This document shows, piece by piece, positions 60,220 through 64,000 of a DNA stretch of 64,000 nt (positions within the stretch are counted from its first letter, which is position 1; every line of letters starts with the position of its first letter). Source of the stretch: Neophaeotheca triangularis (taxonomy: Eukaryota); assembly GCA_054600435.1 (NCBI GenBank), contig BAAIJX010000067.1:1-64000 (forward strand), given 5' to 3'. The notes under the pieces are model-generated. The model saw only the letters and a list, made by a program, of their open reading frames with translations. It searched no databases and was not told the DNA's origin. The position numbers and the translations under genes are program-made.

Positions 60220-60972
60220 ATGAAGCTCACTACCATTTCCGCAGGACTGAGTGCAGGCTTGACGACCGTCGTGGCGGCTCCTCAAGCACGCACTCGCGCT
60301 GTGCCTCAGAATGCCAACGTGAGTCCATTCTGATGCTGAGACAGACAGCGCATCACTGATCATCTCCCACAGTTCGACGACATCCCCAACGTCAACCCGG
60401 TCCTTGGTTTCGCCCCACCAGACGGCTACAAACTGCAAGTACCCAAACCAACAATCTCCCCTTGCCATTCCATACTAACCATCCCCAGCCTCTCCTACAC
60501 AGCCTTCGGACTTGGTCAACCGGTCCCCAATACGCTCACAATCCAACCATCTTCTCGCGACAACGCCGTCTTTGCCCCTTACATCTTAACGGACCCCCTC
60601 GCAACCCCAGAAATCTATGTAGACTACCCCGGAAGCCAGACCGTCTCTTTTGACATGCGATCAATCGCCAGTGGCTGCTACGCCGCGACGCAGAACGGCG
60701 CACTCGCTCCCGCCATTTCTTGCACCATCCGCTACACTGGTACGAAGAGGGACGGCTCAGAAGTAACGCACGATTTCCGCTACCGCGTGCAGAAGGTGAA
60801 TTTGCTTGGAATCGCCCTTTCGGCGGAGAAAGTGCAGAAGACGACTTTCCCCAGCAGTTTCCGAGATTTGGTTAGTTTGAGGCCAGAGGTTGTTGGGAAA
60901 GACTTGCTCGGGGTTGATTTGGCGCAGATGGCTTTTGATGATGTCGTTTATGTTGCGCATGTCACTAAGTGA
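60220..60972 (+). CDS. Small secreted protein, paralog A, ~214 aa (exons 60220-60318, 60373-60434, 60489-60972)
   Basis: Signal peptide, then FDD...YKLLSY..F...SFDMRS...GCY...CTIRYTGTK...FPSSFRDL...FDDVVY. The second intron is GC-AG. Confidence 0.8.
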
Positions 60973-61451
60973 GAGGTTGTTAGTCGCCCGGGGATGTGGG
61001 TAGAGGGTAAACTTACCATGCTTGAGATGCTGACTCAATCGAGAAATGCTGACATTCTCTTCGGCCGACTGGGTTTGCCATGTCCTTTGCTCGATGTCAA
61101 CCGTAACAGACGCTTCTCGTCTTGCTTTGAGGAAGTTGCGGTCGCTGGCAATGGTAAGAGCTGACCGATGTGCTTTCTTCAGTTCCATGGGCGCTTTCCT
61201 TATGAATGATCGCTTCTACCCAAGATGAGAAGGAAGTAGGTATGCAGGTAGCCGGCGTGTTTACTCCTAAATCCCTTTTACTCGACACCTCGCCGCTCTT
61301 GATTCTGTTTCCCTTCTATTCATCCACAACAGCAACTCTTCCAAGTATCTTCTGCTTGACATCAACTTCTCATCCCAAGCAACAGTAGATTTACTACAGC
61401 ATCGGATTTCGTCCCCTTGAGTAACAACAACAACTCAACAGCAACCTCACC

Positions 61452-62317
61452 ATGCAGCTCCTCCTTATCATTGCGAGCCTGACCTCGTTCAGCACCGCTC
61501 TCACCACTTCCGCCCAGAAGCATGGCAAGAAAGAGGTCAAAGTCAATGCTACTGTAAGCCACCCTCTCCAACTCTGGCCACCATCAGTCCACGACCATGA
61601 TCTGCCATCAATCCCCTTCCATGATAGTCAAACGTCATCAAACACCCACTAACACCGCGAAAAACCAGTTCGACGACGTGCCCACCCGCGGCCCCTCGGC
61701 TCCAGGCCAACGCCACCCCATCGAAGGCACCTACAAATAGTACGTCCCTCCTCCCACACACCCTCCCGCCCATCTCCAAACTAACCCCCTTCCACAGCCT
61801 CCTCTGGGACGACTTCACCGTCGGCGCCCCCGTCCACGACAGCTCCAACAAATGCCTCTGGCAACACCACCACACTTCAGCCCCAGGCAACGAAATCGCC
61901 GCGATGTCCATCTCCAAATTCCACGCTCCCATCATCACCTCCTTCGACCTCCGCACCCTCCAAGCCGGCTGCTACAATTCCCGCCCCGAAACCGTCGGTG
62001 GTGAAGCCATAGGCTGCACAATCCAGTTCTCCGGCACCAAAGCCCGCGATCCCGATGACAAAGATGAGAAGCAGGAAGTCGTGACTTTCGACTTCGTTTA
62101 CAGGGTCAACGAGACGGATGGCAGGGGCGTTTCGGTTCTGTCGCAGGATTTGCAGGCTGTCAAGTTGCCCAAGAGTTTCAAGGGTTTGGAGCGTTGTGAG
62201 TTTAAGGTTTTGGAGGATGGGGTGCGCGGGGATAAGAAGATGGCGAGTCCGAGGTTGGTTTTTGATGATGTTGAGTACAAGATTAAGGGGAAGGGATTGA
62301 AGAAGGAGGGGGAGTAG
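61452..62317 (+). CDS. Small secreted protein, paralog B, ~230 aa (exons 61452-61553, 61669-61739, 61798-62317)
   Basis: Signal peptide, then FDD...YKYLLW..F...SFDLRT...GCY...CTIQFSGTK...LPKSFKGL...FDDVEY. Same intron positions and phases as paralog A. Confidence 0.85.
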
Positions 62318-62699
62318 GCGGGATCGAGTTGAGTGGGGAGGGGGACTCGGTTTGGTTTTGGGGGTCTGAATGACATGGAGGGTTGGAAGTCAGGCGGCAG
62401 GGGATTCAGGTTTCTTCCTAAGGATTGAGTGATTCAGTGGTAATGCCTAGGCGGAGAGTTTTGGTTGTGTTGCGTTATGTTTTCGTCGTTTTGACTAGTG
62501 TCCCTAATGTCTACCACTTACCATTGTCAAGAATGCAAGCTACCTACTCAATGTATTTGATCTCTTTCCCCCCTCCATTCTCGTTTCCGTCCAATGTACC
62601 TTCTCGCTCTAAGTGTCACGTCAGCTAGCTCGATGGATCTTGTAAACCACCTTCTCCTTCTTTATCCTTTCCAATCGAATCCCGATACACCGACGCCTC

Positions 62700-62880
62700 T
62701 CTCACGCCAAATTCGGAAAAGGCATAGCCAACACCGAAACCAGACCATTCACCCACTTCAACACCCCCTAAAAAGCAAGACCAAAACCGACCCTTCTCCC
62801 ACGCCATACTTGGAATAAGCAGAACCAACACCCAAACCAGACCATCCATCCACTTCAACACATCCTAGAAAGCAAGACCA
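62700..62880. repeat. Diverged tandem duplication, 97-bp period
   Basis: ccaacaccgaaaccagaccattcacccacttcaacac...gcaagacca (62728-62783) vs ccaacacccaaaccagaccatccatccacttcaacac...gcaagacca (62825-62880); the similarity extends about 28 bp upstream. Confidence 0.8.
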
Positions 62881-63875
62881 GCGTGCACCCACAGCGTCCA
62901 GACTGCTAGCATCAAAACCCCTAAATCCAAAATTCAACTCCAAGTCCGCAAATGGCCAACCAAGGCAATCGCCCTCAGCCGAAACAACCACGAGCGAATA
63001 ATAATATCAAGAGCGTACCTTAAGTAAGATCGACAGCGACAGCGACAGCGATAGCATACAGACCACACAGACTGCTAAATTTTACGAGAAACCTCAAGTT
63101 CAAGTCCGAAGACTGCCAGCTTTCCCCCGTTGGCCATGGCATCGGCAATCGATGGAGATGACTGAGGGCGGACGTGTCTCAGGGTGGGGGAGCGTGTTTT
63201 GGCGAGGGATTGATGGAGAATTGGACGGACTGATGGGGAAGCTTGTTTGCCGAGAAGCTTGTTTCGTGGTGTCTTTGTCCGGCTACCTAGGTGGCTGGTA
63301 CACACTGCACTGATGTAGATGGGTTCGGGTTAGGTTAGTTCAGGTCAGGTAACGTCAGCTGCCTTCCTTCCTTCCTTCCTTCCTTCTTTCTTTCCCGTAC
63401 CGTGGGCCAACTCAACCTAAGCACCTCGGGAGGTATGATGGGAGGAAACGACCCCTTTTTGGCGGAAATGGAACATCCATGTCTCTCCATCACAATTTAC
63501 CATTTGGGGAGGCGAGGGGAGAAAGGGTGTGTCAGGTTTCCGTTCGAGGCGGGTTACGCTTCTTTGCTGGACTTGTTTACTTGGTAGATGATACTTGTCA
63601 ACTTGTTAGCTTGATAGCTTGTCACTTGTTAGTTGGGCTTTTTTTCCCCCTATGCTTCTTTTTTGGTGTCCGAGATGAGTGAGAGTGTGAGCTCGAAGCT
63701 TGGAGGCTGGGACTGTAACCACCCGATGGTATAAGCGGGCGCGGTTGAGGGATATATTGCTGTGAGAAAGAAAGAGAGAGGGAGGGAGGCAGAGAGAGGG
63801 AGGCAGAGAGAGGGAGGCAGGGAGAGAGATGTGAGCGAGAGCAAAAGAAAAAGAGAGATGTGAGTGAGACTAAAA

Positions 63876-63906
<31 letters not shown>

Positions 63907-64000
63907 GGAAGAGAAACATACAGAGCAGCTTGCACGTCAGCGTGCAAAAAACCCCCGAAAGACGAAAGAGGAAGGAAAATAAGACTCCATGCTGGATTGA

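Noticed and set aside
1..64000. Transposons, rRNA, CRISPR arrays
   Set aside because: No transposase, reverse transcriptase, LTR pair, rRNA or repeat-spacer pattern was recognised.

Overview
Eukaryotic (filamentous ascomycete, Dothideomycete-like) genomic DNA with short GT-AG introns carrying CTAAC/CTGAC branch points and many microsatellites. Recognisable genes: translin (3' exon), TIM9, a Sac7/Bag7-like RhoGAP, mitochondrial mS38/COX24, QCR8, prohibitin PHB1, a Yox1-like homeobox factor, a cytochrome P450 divergent from a PTH11-like membrane protein, MIC10 and URB2. There is also a four-copy BTB/POZ family in graded decay and two tandem secreted paralogs, one needing a GC-AG intron. The most notable locus (45.5-54.9 kb) is a membrane-bound Pls-type single-module NRPS whose A domain looks like an acyl-CoA ligase, a candidate poly(malic acid)-type polymer synthetase. 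It is transcribed divergently from a secreted GHSLG serine hydrolase, suggesting a synthetase/depolymerase pair. A spliced 41-aa microprotein gene with a myristoylation motif (2207-2705) is missed by the ORF track. All gene models were spliced by eye, and family assignments come from motif recognition, not database searches.
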